Assembly: GCA_009841335.1 (NCBI GenBank)
Contig: VXLY01000111.1
Coordinates: 1,737 to 65,736 of the forward strand
DNA length: 64,000 nt
Direction: 5' to 3'
From: Rhodothermaceae bacterium
Lineage (GTDB): Bacteria; Bacteroidota; Rhodothermia; Rhodothermales; Bin80
Below the pieces are notes generated by a model. The model was not told the origin of the DNA. It did no database searches and was given only the letters and a program-made list of their open reading frames with translations. A program made the position numbers and the translations under genes. This document shows positions 38,041 to 48,859 of this stretch, piece by piece (the first letter of the stretch is position 1; every line of letters begins with the position of its first letter).

Positions 38041-39840
38041 ATGAAATACGACGTCCATACGAAGGTCCAACCAGTTGTGACTGGTGATGCACTTCCGAAA
38101 GTTCGACCAGAACTGACGACCAAAGGCCAGCACATGTCTGGCGCCGAAATTCTGCTCCGGTCCCTAGAGGCCGAGGGGGTCAAGATTGTCTTCGGACATC
38201 CCGGGGGAGCTGTTATCCATGTGTATGATGAGATGCACAGGATAAAACCCCAGTTTGAGCACATCTTAGTTCGGCATGAACAGGGAGGAACACATGCGGC
38301 GGAAGGTTACGCAAAAGCAACAGGAAAGGTGGGGACTGTACTGGTTACCAGTGGGCCTGGTGCTACAAACACCGTCACGGGTATCGCAGACGCTTACATG
38401 GACTCGGTACCGATTGTCGTGTTTACCGGACAAGTTCCCACAGGTCTCATTGGTAACGATGCGTTCCAGGAATGCGATGCTATTGGCATCAGCCGCTCAA
38501 TAACGAAGCATAGTTATCTGGTTCGTGATGTGAGCGACTTGGCACGTACAGTCAAGGAAGCTTACCATATTGCCCGGACGGGGCGACCTGGTCCGGTACT
38601 GGTCGATCTGCCGAAGGATGTTTTGCTGGCCAAAGGCCCCTTCGTGTACCCGGAAACCGTGAATATGCGGGGGTACGCGGTACCTGCAGAGGGGCGAGTG
38701 GAGAAGCTGGAGCGCGCAGCACAGATGATTGAAGAATCGGAACGGCCACTGTTTTATGTCGGAGGTGGGGCCGTTAACAGCGATTCCTCGGAATTATTGA
38801 CAGATATTGCAAGGCATACCGGTATTCCGGTAACGACTACGCTGCATGGACTTGGAGCTTTCCCCGAAGACGATACTCTTGCATTACGAATGCTTGGTAT
38901 GCATGGTACTTGGTGGGCGAACCAAGCGATACAGCACTGTGACTTGATTATTGCTGTGGGTGCGCGGTTCGACGATCGTGTAACCGGGAAGTTGGACTCG
39001 TGGGCGCCTCATGCAAAAGTTATTCACATCGAGATTGATCAGTCGTGTATCTCCAAAAACGTTTTTGCAGATTGCGCTATCCTGGGCAATGTGCGAAATG
39101 TACTTGAACAGCTGCGACCGATGGTCAAGCCGAAGGATACAACCGAATGGCTGAAACAGATTGATGTCTGGCGCCAAGAATGTCCTCTGAAGTACGAACA
39201 GGACGGGAAGTTGCGTGCACAGGGTGTCATCGAAAATCTGCGTGACAAAACCAATGGCGATGCCGTAGTCATCACGGATGTTGGTCAGCATCAAATGTGG
39301 ACCGCGCAGTACTTCCGGTTCCTGCATTCGCGGACACACATTACCAGTGGCGGCCTGGGTACAATGGGATTTGGTATGCCGGCAGCTATGGGAGCTGCTT
39401 TCGGCATGCGTGAAATTGGTTCGTCCAGACCGGTGGTCTGCATAAGTGGTGATGGTGGTTTTGTAATGAATGCCCAGGAAATGAGTGTAGCGGCAGCTCA
39501 TAAGCTTCCACTGAAGCTCGCGGTCATCAACAACCGCTTTCTGGGTATGGTAAGACAATGGCAGGAGCTCTTCCACAAGGAACGGTACAGCCATACTGAT
39601 CTTTCAGATACGAACCCTGATTTCGTGAAACTGGCCGAGGCCAATCATTGCGTCGGCCTCCGTGCAACGACTCCAGAAGAATGTCGACAGATTATTGACG
39701 AGGCATGGAAGGTGACCGACCGACCTGCACTCATGGAATTTCAGGTGGCCAAAGAAGAAATGGTCTTTCCGATGGTGCCCGCTGGTGCGGCAACCGGGGA
39801 AATGATCACCGATAGGATGACACCGAACTCGTTCGTGTAG
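38041..39840 (+). CDS. ilvB: Acetolactate synthase, large (catalytic) subunit
   Basis: GAEILLRSLEAEGV...FGHPGG. ThDP motif GDGGFVMNAQE...NN. An alternative start at ATG 38134 (MSGAEIL) is possible. Confidence 0.93.
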   Translation: MKYDVHTKVQPVVTGDALPKVRPELTTKGQHMSGAEILLRSLEAEGVKIVFGHPGGAVIHVYDEMHRIKPQFEHILVRHEQGGTHAAEGYAKATGKVGTVLVTSGPGATNTVTGIADAYMDSVPIVVFTGQVPTGLIGNDAFQECDAIGISRSITKHSYLVRDVSDLARTVKEAYHIARTGRPGPVLVDLPKDVLLAKGPFVYPETVNMRGYAVPAEGRVEKLERAAQMIEESERPLFYVGGGAVNSDSSELLTDIARHTGIPVTTTLHGLGAFPEDDTLALRMLGMHGTWWANQAIQHCDLIIAVGARFDDRVTGKLDSWAPHAKVIHIEIDQSCISKNVFADCAILGNVRNVLEQLRPMVKPKDTTEWLKQIDVWRQECPLKYEQDGKLRAQGVIENLRDKTNGDAVVITDVGQHQMWTAQYFRFLHSRTHITSGGLGTMGFGMPAAMGAAFGMREIGSSRPVVCISGDGGFVMNAQEMSVAAAHKLPLKLAVINNRFLGMVRQWQELFHKERYSHTDLSDTNPDFVKLAEANHCVGLRATTPEECRQIIDEAWKVTDRPALMEFQVAKEEMVFPMVPAGAATGEMITDRMTPNSFV

Positions 39841-39865
39841 TAATCAAGGCATTGAGAATACGAAG

Positions 39866-40435
39866 ATGATGGCAGACACACTTGTACTGACACCACAGCA
39901 GATTATCCGCAAAAAGGCTGCGGGTGAGCCCATTCAGCCTGACGATAGTGAAATGACGCGAAAGCATACGATCGTGGTTCTCGTAGAGAATTCCATCGGT
40001 GCATTCATACGTGTTATCAATATGTTCTCAGCACGGGGATTCAACATTGACAGTGTTACAGTCGGTCCCACAGAGGATTCAAGTGTTAGCCGGATGAACA
40101 TAGCGACAGTTGGAAACAGCCGTATAATTGCCCAGGTTTTGAGGCAGTTGAGTCGTCTGGTGGACACAATTGAAGTTACCGATCTCACGACAACTGATTA
40201 TGTAGAGCGGGAGTTGTGTCTGCTTAAAGTGTGCTATACGAAGGATTCCCGCTCAGAAATCCTGGATGTAAGTGATATTTTTCGGGGCAAGGTTGTTGAC
40301 ATCACTAAAAAAACAATGACCTTTGAGTTGCGCGGTCCTTCTCAAAAGATTGATGCGTTTATCGACATGATGTTACCACACAATATAGTCGAGGTCGCTC
40401 GAAGTGGTCGCGTAGCTATGCAGCGCGACATATAA
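39866..40435 (+). CDS. ilvN: Acetolactate synthase, small (regulatory) subunit
   Basis: ACT domain HTIVVLVENSIGAFIRVINMFSARGFNIDSVTVGPTED. Directly downstream of ilvB. Confidence 0.92.
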   Translation: MMADTLVLTPQQIIRKKAAGEPIQPDDSEMTRKHTIVVLVENSIGAFIRVINMFSARGFNIDSVTVGPTEDSSVSRMNIATVGNSRIIAQVLRQLSRLVDTIEVTDLTTTDYVERELCLLKVCYTKDSRSEILDVSDIFRGKVVDITKKTMTFELRGPSQKIDAFIDMMLPHNIVEVARSGRVAMQRDI

Positions 40436-40466
40436 TCTGCAATCAACCACATTTATTTGGTAATAC

Positions 40467-41483
40467 ATGAAAGTGCACTACAACGCCGATCCCAGCATTA
40501 TCCTTGGGAGAAAGGTAGCGGTGATCGGATATGGAAGCCAGGGACATGCCCACGCCCTGAATTTACAGGACAGCGGGGCGACTGTCAGAGTTGGTCTACG
40601 AGGCGGGTCGAGATCTGCCGGCAAAGCCCGTGCCAAGGGGCTTGGAGTGATGAGCATCGCAGATGCTGCTGCCTGGGGAGATGTAATCATGATTCTGATC
40701 CCGGATCAGGATCAAAAGCGGGTTTACGAAGCAGAGATTGCCGATTGCATGATACCAGGCAAGGCTTTGGGCTTTGGCCACGGGTTTAATGTGCACTACG
40801 ACCAGATCAAGGCACCGGAAGGCGTGGATGTCTTTATGGTAGCTCCCAAAGGCCCAGGACATCTTGTTCGCCGTACTTTCGAAGAAGGCAAAGGCACCCC
40901 TTGCCTTGTGGCAGTGGCACAGGACGCTACCCGCACAGCCCTTGATCTCGCGATCAGCTACGCTGATGCAATTGGGGGTACACGCGCAGGCGTGATCGAA
41001 ACCAACTTCAAGGACGAAACGGAAACCGACCTCTTTGGAGAGCAGGCAGTCTTGTGTGGAGGATCACAGGCCTTAATTCAGGCAGGATTTGAAACATTGG
41101 TTGAAGCGGGATACCCTGAGGAACTGGCTTACTTTGAGGTGCTCCATGAGCTGAAACTCATTGTAGATCTCTACTATGAGGGGGGGCTTTCGTATATGAA
41201 CTACTCCATCAGTGATACGGCGGAGTATGGTAACTATTCTCGTGGACAGCGTGTTATTGGTCCTCAGGTGAAGGAGGAAATGAGGCGTATCCTTGACGAA
41301 ATTCAATCCGGTGACTTTGCACGTGAATGGATTGCCGAATGCGAAGGAGGGCAGTCAGCATTTCAGGCTTATCGAGATAGAACTGCAGCACACCCGGTAG
41401 AAAAAGTAGGCAAGCGACTGCGTAAGATGATGGCTTGGCTTAGAAAGAGTACCGATACAGTAGAAACTGCCAAGGCAGCTTAA
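40467..41483 (+). CDS. ilvC: Ketol-acid reductoisomerase (class I)
   Basis: 338 aa. [13 protein letters not shown] Rossmann motif. ISDTAEYG. Confidence 0.95.
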   Translation: MKVHYNADPSIILGRKVAVIGYGSQGHAHALNLQDSGATVRVGLRGGSRSAGKARAKGLGVMSIADAAAWGDVIMILIPDQDQKRVYEAEIADCMIPGKALGFGHGFNVHYDQIKAPEGVDVFMVAPKGPGHLVRRTFEEGKGTPCLVAVAQDATRTALDLAISYADAIGGTRAGVIETNFKDETETDLFGEQAVLCGGSQALIQAGFETLVEAGYPEELAYFEVLHELKLIVDLYYEGGLSYMNYSISDTAEYGNYSRGQRVIGPQVKEEMRRILDEIQSGDFAREWIAECEGGQSAFQAYRDRTAAHPVEKVGKRLRKMMAWLRKSTDTVETAKAA

Positions 41484-42559
41484 TGCCCGGATATAAGATT
41501 GCAATGCTCCCGGGTGACGGTATTGGGCCAGAGGTTACCAGGGAAGCGGAAAAGGCTATGGTTGCTGCTGCCCAGGCCTTTGATTTTGAGATTGAACTGG
41601 AACACTGGCCAATAGGTGGCACAGCGCTCGAGAAGTTCGACATGCCTTTCCCCGATGCAACACGAGAGGCCTGTTTAGCTGCCGACGCAATATTTCTAGG
41701 TGCGATCGGTGGTCCTAAATGGGACCACGAAACCGGAGATCGAAGGTGTGAGGCAGCCTTGCTTGCCTTACGTAAGGCCTTGGGGGGATACGCTAACTTG
41801 CGCCCCGTCATCGTACCCGAGAGTCTTGTAGGGGCTTCGCCCTTGCGGCCTGAACGAGTAAGCGGTACGGACCTTCTAATCGTGCGTGAGCTTACTGGCG
41901 GGATCTACTTCGGGGAACCTCGAAGCAGTGCAGACGACATTGCGACAAATTGTATGGTCTATACCAGGAGTGAGATTGAGCGTATTGCAAGAATGGCGTT
42001 CGGCATCGCGGAAAAACGCCGAGGGCATCTCACCTCTGTAGATAAGGCTAATGTTCTTGAGGTATCGCAACTTTGGCGTAGTGTTATAACCGAGATTCAT
42101 GAATCGGAATTCCCAAATGTAGAACTTGAACATCTGTACATAGATAACGCCGCAATTCAGCTTATTCTTAACCCGTCTCATTTTGACGTGATTTTGACCG
42201 GCAACCTGTTTGGAGATATACTCAGTGATCTGGCAGGTACTCTCCCTGGTTCTCTCGGTATTTTGCCCTCGGCGAGTATCGGTGGACTAGTCAACCTGTA
42301 CGAACCCGTTCATGGCAGTGCTCCTGACATAGCCGGCAAGGGATGGGCGAACCCTGCCGGGGCACTGCTTAGTACAGTGATGCTACTCCAGGGGCTGGGG
42401 GAAATGGAAGCTGGATCACGTCTTCAGGGTGGCATTGTTAAGACACTGAGCGAGGCGGTGCTTACTAGAGATCTGGGTGGAACAGCTTCAACTTCAGAAT
42501 TCGCTGATGCAGTGCTTTCGCATGCATTCGAATTAGCTCCGACTGTGCCTGTACGGTAG
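41483..42559 (+). CDS. leuB: 3-isopropylmalate dehydrogenase
   Basis: LPGDGIGPEV, NLFGDILSD, EPVHGSAPDIAGKG. The start overlaps the ilvC stop (TAATG). Confidence 0.95.
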   Translation: MPGYKIAMLPGDGIGPEVTREAEKAMVAAAQAFDFEIELEHWPIGGTALEKFDMPFPDATREACLAADAIFLGAIGGPKWDHETGDRRCEAALLALRKALGGYANLRPVIVPESLVGASPLRPERVSGTDLLIVRELTGGIYFGEPRSSADDIATNCMVYTRSEIERIARMAFGIAEKRRGHLTSVDKANVLEVSQLWRSVITEIHESEFPNVELEHLYIDNAAIQLILNPSHFDVILTGNLFGDILSDLAGTLPGSLGILPSASIGGLVNLYEPVHGSAPDIAGKGWANPAGALLSTVMLLQGLGEMEAGSRLQGGIVKTLSEAVLTRDLGGTASTSEFADAVLSHAFELAPTVPVR

Positions 42560-42576
42560 ACCAACAGATTGGTTAA

Positions 42577-44187
42577 ATGGCTGAGGATAAAGTACTGATA
42601 TTCGAAACTACGTTACGCGACGGCGAACAGGCCCCTGGCGCTTCGATGAATGTCGAGGAAAAGATTCGGATCGCGCAGCAACTTGCCAGACTGAAGGTTG
42701 ATATTATTGAGGCGGGGTTTCCAATTTCTTCGCCTGCGCAGTTTGAAGCGGTGCAACGCATCGGACAGGAAGTGGAGGGTCCAGTGATAGCAGCCCTTGC
42801 ACGGACGATTGAAGCAGACATTGACGCCGCCGGGGAAGCATTGCAAACGAGTGCCAACGCGAGAATTCATACGTTTATTGGCACCAGCGATATTCACTTG
42901 GCGGCAAAGTTTGGAGCTGATAAGTATGGACGAACGATTGAAGCAAAGCGAGAGTCCGTTCTCGAAATGGTTGATCGTGCGGTGCGGCAGGCATGCTCAA
43001 TTACGAGTGATGTTGAGTTCAGTGCAGAAGACGCTGGGCGTACAGATATAACTTATTTGGTAAAAGTGATTGATGTGGCTGTCGCAGCAGGTGCCACGAC
43101 TATCAACATTCCAGATACCACGGGGTACTGCGTCCCCAAGGAGTATGCCGCCCTGTTTGACAACGTACGGCAGCGATGTATGGACATGGACAGCATCATC
43201 CTGTCGGTACATTGTCATGACGATCTGGGGTTGGCGGTCGCAAATTCTCTGGCGGGAGTTCTGGCGGGTGCACGTCAGGTTGAGTGTACAATTAACGGTA
43301 TCGGAGAACGAGCAGGAAACGCCTCACTTGAGGAAATCGTCATGGCGCTCAATGTGCGGAGACAACACTTCGGAACCCATACAGGCGTTGATACTATGCT
43401 GCTCTCAGAAACCAGTAAAATGGTTTCGAGGGCTACCGGATTTCCTGTACCTCCGAACAAGGCGATAGTAGGGTCAAATGCTTTCAGTCATGAAGCCGGT
43501 ATCCACCAGCATGGCGTTCTTAAGAGCCGTGAGACGTATGAAATCATGCGGGCGGAGGATGTGGGGCAAAGCCCTGAGGCCATTCGCCTTGGTCGACATT
43601 CAGGTAGGCACGGACTCTTTAGCCGCCTGGAGAAACTGGGATTTTTTGTGGGGGAGGAGCGCAGAGATAAGCTATATCAGAAATTTGTTGAGCTTGCTGA
43701 CGAGAAGAAAGAGATCTTTGATGAGGACCTCGTAGCGCTGGTACAGGAAGCGAAGGGAGGGGGAGCCTCGGCTCATTACCGCCTGGAGCATTTGTCGATT
43801 ATTTCCGGCACGGGGCGAACAGCAAGGGCCGAAGTTCTGCTGTATCACAGCTCTTCGGATACATCCTGCCGCAAAACAGCAGATGGAGATGGACCTGTTG
43901 CCGCCATTTACAACGCCATTGATATGGCAGCGGGCAGTCATCATGGATTAGTTTCCTACGGTATTCGATCCGTAGGCGAAGGAAAAGATGCAATGGGAGA
44001 AGTAAGCGTCCTGATCAGCGAAAACGGGGCACTCTTCCGAGGCGTGGCACGCCATACTGATGTACTCCAGGCCTCTGCCAACGCGTACATACAAGCGCTT
44101 AATCAGCTGGAGAACTTCAGAGCAAATAACGAGGAAGAGTTCGTATCTGATGGAATCATGCAGTCGTTTGATAGCGACGGAGGGTAA
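42577..44187 (+). CDS. leuA: 2-isopropylmalate synthase
   Basis: IFETTLRDGEQ, HCHDDLGLAVANS, a C-terminal LeuA dimerisation/regulatory domain, 536 aa. Confidence 0.9.
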   Translation: MAEDKVLIFETTLRDGEQAPGASMNVEEKIRIAQQLARLKVDIIEAGFPISSPAQFEAVQRIGQEVEGPVIAALARTIEADIDAAGEALQTSANARIHTFIGTSDIHLAAKFGADKYGRTIEAKRESVLEMVDRAVRQACSITSDVEFSAEDAGRTDITYLVKVIDVAVAAGATTINIPDTTGYCVPKEYAALFDNVRQRCMDMDSIILSVHCHDDLGLAVANSLAGVLAGARQVECTINGIGERAGNASLEEIVMALNVRRQHFGTHTGVDTMLLSETSKMVSRATGFPVPPNKAIVGSNAFSHEAGIHQHGVLKSRETYEIMRAEDVGQSPEAIRLGRHSGRHGLFSRLEKLGFFVGEERRDKLYQKFVELADEKKEIFDEDLVALVQEAKGGGASAHYRLEHLSIISGTGRTARAEVLLYHSSSDTSCRKTADGDGPVAAIYNAIDMAAGSHHGLVSYGIRSVGEGKDAMGEVSVLISENGALFRGVARHTDVLQASANAYIQALNQLENFRANNEEEFVSDGIMQSFDSDGG

Positions 44188-44191
44188 TTAG

Positions 44192-45484
44192 ATGACAATA
44201 ACAGAAAAAGTAATTGCACGACATTGTGGTCGAAGCAGGGTTGTTCCGGGCGAGAGTGTCTGGGTAGATGTGGATATCCTGATGACACATGATGTGTGTG
44301 GTCCGCCAACCATTGATATTTTCAAACGTGAGTTTGGAGAAGATGCAAAGGTCTGGGATCCAGAAAAGCTGGTGATACTACCTGATCACTACATCTTCAC
44401 ACAGAATCATCATGCAAATCGCAATGTTCGGTTGCTAAGGGCTTTTGCGGAAGAACACAATCTGCCTCACTATTATGATGTAGGGACACCGCGCTACAAA
44501 GGTGTTTGCCATATGGCGCTTGCCGAAGAGGGCTTCAATCGTCCGGGGTCATTGCTGATCGGTACCGACAGTCATACATGCACGTCCGGAGCTTTTGGTA
44601 TGTTTTCGACAGGAGTGGGAAATACGGATGCGGCGCTGATCATGGGGACGGGTAAGATCTGGTTGCGCGTACCAGAGACTATGCGCTTCATCTTCGAGGG
44701 TGTATTGCCCCCATACTTGATGGCGAAAGATCTTATTCTCGCCGTGATAGGGGATATCGGTTGTGACGGTGCCACCTACCGAGCCATGGAATTTGATGGA
44801 GAATCAGTGTACTCTCTGTCTATGCAGGAACGAATGACACTGACCAACATGGCCATTGAGGCCGGGGGCAAGAACGGAATTATCGGCCCCGACGAGACAA
44901 CGATTGAATACGTACGCGCTCGTACGGATGCTCCCTTTGAATGTGTTTACAGTGATGAAGATGCACGATTCCATTCTGAATATAGATACGATGTCTCTAC
45001 GCTGGAGCCGGTTGTTGCCAAGCCCCATCGGCCAGACAATCGTGCCAGTGTTGTAGAAGTTGCTGGTATACGTCTGGATCGGGCCTATGTTGGTAGTTGC
45101 ACCGGGGGTAAACTGGAGGATTTCCAGGCAGCAGCTCAGGTCATGAAGGGGCAGGAAGTTGTCATCGATACTTATATCGTGCCTGCGACAACTGAGATTA
45201 GTAATGCTCTTCGTACAACTACGCTTGATGGTACTACCTTGTGGGATGTATTTATTGAGGCCGGATGCAAGATGGGTCAGGCAAGCTGTGCGGCATGCTT
45301 AGGAGGGCCACCAGATACTTTTGGGCGCATGCAGGGCAGTGAGGTGGTTATTTCTACAACCAATCGGAATTTCCCTGGACGTATGGGATCCAAACAGGCC
45401 TCAGTTTACCTCGCATCTCCTCTCACAGTGGCAGCAAGTGCGCTTAACGGTGTGATTACCGATCCACGTGAGGTTTTTGTGTAG
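44192..45484 (+). CDS. leuC: 3-isopropylmalate dehydratase large subunit (short, about 430-aa type)
   Basis: Aconitase-family motifs GTDSHT, VGSCTGG and ACLGG. Followed by the small subunit gene. Confidence 0.92.
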   Translation: MTITEKVIARHCGRSRVVPGESVWVDVDILMTHDVCGPPTIDIFKREFGEDAKVWDPEKLVILPDHYIFTQNHHANRNVRLLRAFAEEHNLPHYYDVGTPRYKGVCHMALAEEGFNRPGSLLIGTDSHTCTSGAFGMFSTGVGNTDAALIMGTGKIWLRVPETMRFIFEGVLPPYLMAKDLILAVIGDIGCDGATYRAMEFDGESVYSLSMQERMTLTNMAIEAGGKNGIIGPDETTIEYVRARTDAPFECVYSDEDARFHSEYRYDVSTLEPVVAKPHRPDNRASVVEVAGIRLDRAYVGSCTGGKLEDFQAAAQVMKGQEVVIDTYIVPATTEISNALRTTTLDGTTLWDVFIEAGCKMGQASCAACLGGPPDTFGRMQGSEVVISTTNRNFPGRMGSKQASVYLASPLTVAASALNGVITDPREVFV

Positions 45485-45502
45485 ACTATAAAATCAAGAG
45501 TT

Positions 45503-46081
45503 ATGGAATCCAATATTCGTGGTCTGGCTTATGTAGTGGGCGACGCGATTGACACTGACCAGATCATTCCCGCGGAGCATCTTGTCTACAGTCTGCAGAA
45601 GCCCGACGAACGACGTTTGTATGGCCGATTTGCCATGAGTGGTGTACCGGTGCAGGTACAGGGACTCCCCGAAGGCCATATACCATTTACTGAACCGGAC
45701 AAGTACGAAAGCAAATTCACTTTTGTTATAGGCGGGACAAATTTTGGATGTGGTTCTTCCCGTGAGCACGCACCATTTGCATTGACCGAAGCGGGGGCAA
45801 AAGTTGTAATAGCCGAGAGTTACGCACGCATATTTTACCGGAATACGATCGATGGCGGCTTTGTTGTTCCTTTTGAAGCTATCGAAAAGATTAATGATCA
45901 AATATGTACGGGGGATGATCTTGAGTTGGATACCCGTTTAGGGCAACTGACCAACCATACCACCGGCAAAGAGTATTTGCTTAAGCCACTTGGAGACGTA
46001 GCAGAAATTCTCAGCGCAGGCAACGTATTTGAATATGCAAGAAAAAACGGCCTGATCGCCTTGTCTGATGAAAAACATTGA
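45503..46081 (+). CDS. leuD: 3-isopropylmalate dehydratase small subunit
   Basis: Swivel-domain motif GTNFGCGSSREHAP. Adjacent to leuC. Confidence 0.9.
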   Translation: MESNIRGLAYVVGDAIDTDQIIPAEHLVYSLQKPDERRLYGRFAMSGVPVQVQGLPEGHIPFTEPDKYESKFTFVIGGTNFGCGSSREHAPFALTEAGAKVVIAESYARIFYRNTIDGGFVVPFEAIEKINDQICTGDDLELDTRLGQLTNHTTGKEYLLKPLGDVAEILSAGNVFEYARKNGLIALSDEKH

Positions 46082-47666
46082 ATTATTTGATACTACTCTT
46101 CGCGATGGTACACAAGGCGAGCATGTAACGTTATCGGTCACTGACAAGGTCCGGATTGCACACAGGCTTGATTCTTTTGGTGTCGGTATCATTGAAGGGG
46201 GCTGGCCTGGATCGAACCCGAAAGATCAGGAATTCTTTGAGTTGGTCAAGAAGGAAAATTGGCAACAGGCAAGCATTTGTGCTTTCGGATCAACCCGTCA
46301 TCCCCGGAATGCTTCAGACCAGGATCCCAATTTACGGGCGATGGTAGCGGCGGGCACTGATACGGTGTCCATATTTGGGAAAAGCTGGCTTCTGCATGTT
46401 CAGCATGCACTCAATGTGTTGCCGGACGAAAACCTGGACATGATTTTCGGATCAGTGGAATGGTTAGCATCACATGACCGCCGGGTGATTTACGATGCGG
46501 AACATTTTTTTGACGGTTACAAGGATGATCCCGAATATGCATTAACCACACTTAACGCCGCTTTGGTGGCTGGTGCGGACGTTCTAGTCTTATGTGACAC
46601 GAATGGGGGTACCATGCCGACAGAGGTTCAGCGAATCACTGAGCAGGTTTGCTCTAAGATTGATAATTGCGTTATAGGTATCCATGCACACAATGACAGC
46701 GGCCTTGGAACAGCAAATACAATTGCTGCCGTGGAGGCGGGAGCACGCCACGTTCAGGGTACGATCAATGGGATTGGTGAGCGCACGGGTAACGCGGACC
46801 TGTGTACCGTTATAGCGTGTCTTCAGCACAAGTTGGGCTATGCTTGTGTCTCTGAGGAGCAGTTGAGTTCACTGGCGGATCTCAGCCAGTTCGTTTACGA
46901 GATATGCAATATGCTGCCGATTGACCGTGCTCCATTTGTTGGTCGCAGTGCCTTTGCACACAAGGGAGGCATACACGTATCCGCAGTCATGAAGAAACCG
47001 CGTGCGTATGAGCATATGGATCCTGAGCTGGTAGGAAACAAGCGACGCGTGCTGGTTTCGGACTTGTCGGGTCAGTCAAACGTGCGTTACAAGGCACAGG
47101 AATTGGGCATACCACTTGATGGGCGCGATGAGGCCCGGCTTGCGGTGCAGCGCATCAAGGAGCTTGAACATCTCGGGTACGAATTTCAGGGGGCGGAAGC
47201 GTCTTTTGAATTACTCTTGCGCACGATACGAGGCGAGAATACGGAGATGTTCAAATTGGATCGTCTTCGGGTACATAGTGAACAAAATGAACATGGATCT
47301 GAGTGGTCGGAGGCTACGGTTGCCATTTTTGTTGACGAACATCGGGAGCTTGCAGTAAGTGAGGGAGTCGGTCCAGTAGACGCTTTGTCGAATGCTCTCA
47401 AAAGAGCGCTCTGTCGTTTTTATCCTCGCTTGGAATCCGTACGGCTTGCAGACTACAAAGTACGTGTCCTAAGGCCGGAAGACGCTACGGCAGCCTCGGT
47501 GCGCGTTTTGATTGAGCACCATGATACTAGTGGTAAGGCTATTTGGCACACGGTAGGAGTTTCGCCCAACATATTGGAAGCCAGCTGGCAGGCGCTGACT
47601 GATGGCGTGCGCTACTACCTCATGAATTCTGAGCCTGCTAAGGCTCTGGAAGCAGCAGAAGCATAG
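46068..47666 (+). CDS. cimA: (R)-citramalate synthase (CimA-type LeuA paralogue)
   Basis: 532 aa. N-terminus LFDTTLRDGTQGEHVTLSVTDKVRIAHRLDSFGVGIIEGGWPGSNPKDQEFF is the pattern I associate with the TIGR00977 citramalate synthase clade, not canonical LeuA. 14-nt overlap with leuD. Confidence 0.75.
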   Translation: MKNIELFDTTLRDGTQGEHVTLSVTDKVRIAHRLDSFGVGIIEGGWPGSNPKDQEFFELVKKENWQQASICAFGSTRHPRNASDQDPNLRAMVAAGTDTVSIFGKSWLLHVQHALNVLPDENLDMIFGSVEWLASHDRRVIYDAEHFFDGYKDDPEYALTTLNAALVAGADVLVLCDTNGGTMPTEVQRITEQVCSKIDNCVIGIHAHNDSGLGTANTIAAVEAGARHVQGTINGIGERTGNADLCTVIACLQHKLGYACVSEEQLSSLADLSQFVYEICNMLPIDRAPFVGRSAFAHKGGIHVSAVMKKPRAYEHMDPELVGNKRRVLVSDLSGQSNVRYKAQELGIPLDGRDEARLAVQRIKELEHLGYEFQGAEASFELLLRTIRGENTEMFKLDRLRVHSEQNEHGSEWSEATVAIFVDEHRELAVSEGVGPVDALSNALKRALCRFYPRLESVRLADYKVRVLRPEDATAASVRVLIEHHDTSGKAIWHTVGVSPNILEASWQALTDGVRYYLMNSEPAKALEAAEA

Positions 47667-47774
47667 CAAATTTACACGCTGCGCCTTGGATGTGAGTGCG
47701 GCTCTGCGAGTCGAAAACTTGGTTAGTATATACTTGCCCCCGCCCTGTGGGATTGGCCTATCGAATGGGGGTGG

Positions 47775-48857
47775 TCAAACCTTGCGCGAGTGTTCAAAAT
47801 ACCCCTTCACCGCAGACTTATAGAAATCAACTGCCCGCATAACTTCAGACGTATCCACGCATTCCTCCGCCGTATGGGATAACTCACTGTGGCCAGGACC
47901 AATCTTTACAGTGGGAACATCTTTCAGAAAAACCCAGTCGCTTGCAGTCGGGGAACCTGCGGGTTCAGTTCCCGGCAGTGCTTCCAAGCAGGCATCAACA
48001 ATGTTTTCATCGGTCTTAGTGGACACCGGTACGATACGATCGCTGTGAACGGTCACCTCTGACGAAACAGCTTCTCTGACTTTGGCAACGATCTCTTCGT
48101 GTGTATAGGACGGTGTACTTCTAATATCCAGATAGATTGTACACTGATCGGGGATAACATTACGGGCCGTCCCTCCTTGGATAGTAGTGACGTTCAAACT
48201 GGTAGGTCCCAGAACAGGGTGAACCCGGTCAAACGTGATCGCAGACAACTGTTGAATATCTCGAACTGTCTGTAGAATAGCGTTTTCTCCAAGGGCATGA
48301 CGTGCAGCATGCGCGCTTTTTCCCTTAGCATCAAGTCGTAATACGAGTAGCCCTTTCTGAGCAATAGTGGGAATCAGGCTGGTTGGCTCGCCAACTAGTG
48401 CAGCCTGAGGGCGAGGTAAATGGTCCTTCAATAATCTCCTCAGCCCATTTTTTTCATAATGGGTTTCCTCACATTCAGTCAAAGCAACAATAACTTGCCC
48501 ATTTTCTGGATGCCAGTTTTCAGCCGCCAACTCTAGTAGAGCAGAAGTCATGGCAGCACCCGATGCCTTGGCATCAGACGCTCCTCTGCCGTAGATACGG
48601 CCGTTCACCTCGGCAGCATCGAATGGAGGATAAGGGTGTCCAGAGGACGGAGGAACTACATCAAGGTGAGACGCCAGGAGCAACTTGTTTGTCCCAGAAC
48701 CTATCCAAAAATAAAGGCTGTTCCCAATCCGTCGGTTTTGAATGCCTGCAGCATCGACATAGGATTGCATATACGCGCATATCTCATCTTCCTCTCCACT
48801 CAATGATGGGAATCTGATCATTGAACACAGCAGGTCCAGCACATTCCTTTCACTCAT
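47775..48857 (-). CDS. M20-family metallohydrolase (ArgE/DapE-like deacylase), last gene of the arg operon
   Basis: 360 aa. M20 motifs LLASHLDVVP and GRGASDAKA. Lies 2 nt downstream of argB. Confidence 0.8.
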   Translation of the reverse strand: MSERNVLDLLCSMIRFPSLSGEEDEICAYMQSYVDAAGIQNRRIGNSLYFWIGSGTNKLLLASHLDVVPPSSGHPYPPFDAAEVNGRIYGRGASDAKASGAAMTSALLELAAENWHPENGQVIVALTECEETHYEKNGLRRLLKDHLPRPQAALVGEPTSLIPTIAQKGLLVLRLDAKGKSAHAARHALGENAILQTVRDIQQLSAITFDRVHPVLGPTSLNVTTIQGGTARNVIPDQCTIYLDIRSTPSYTHEEIVAKVREAVSSEVTVHSDRIVPVSTKTDENIVDACLEALPGTEPAGSPTASDWVFLKDVPTVKIGPGHSELSHTAEECVDTSEVMRAVDFYKSAVKGYFEHSRKV

Positions 48858-48859
48858 TG

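Noticed and set aside
38884-39594. 236-aa ORF antisense to ilvB
   Set aside because: The ilvB frame is unambiguous (ThDP motif). The antisense product has no motifs.
47667-47774. Possible terminator between convergent cimA and the M20 gene (CCCCC...GGGGG)
   Set aside because: The G/C arms are only about 5 bp and are separated by a loop of roughly 25 nt with no U-tract. This is too weak to call.
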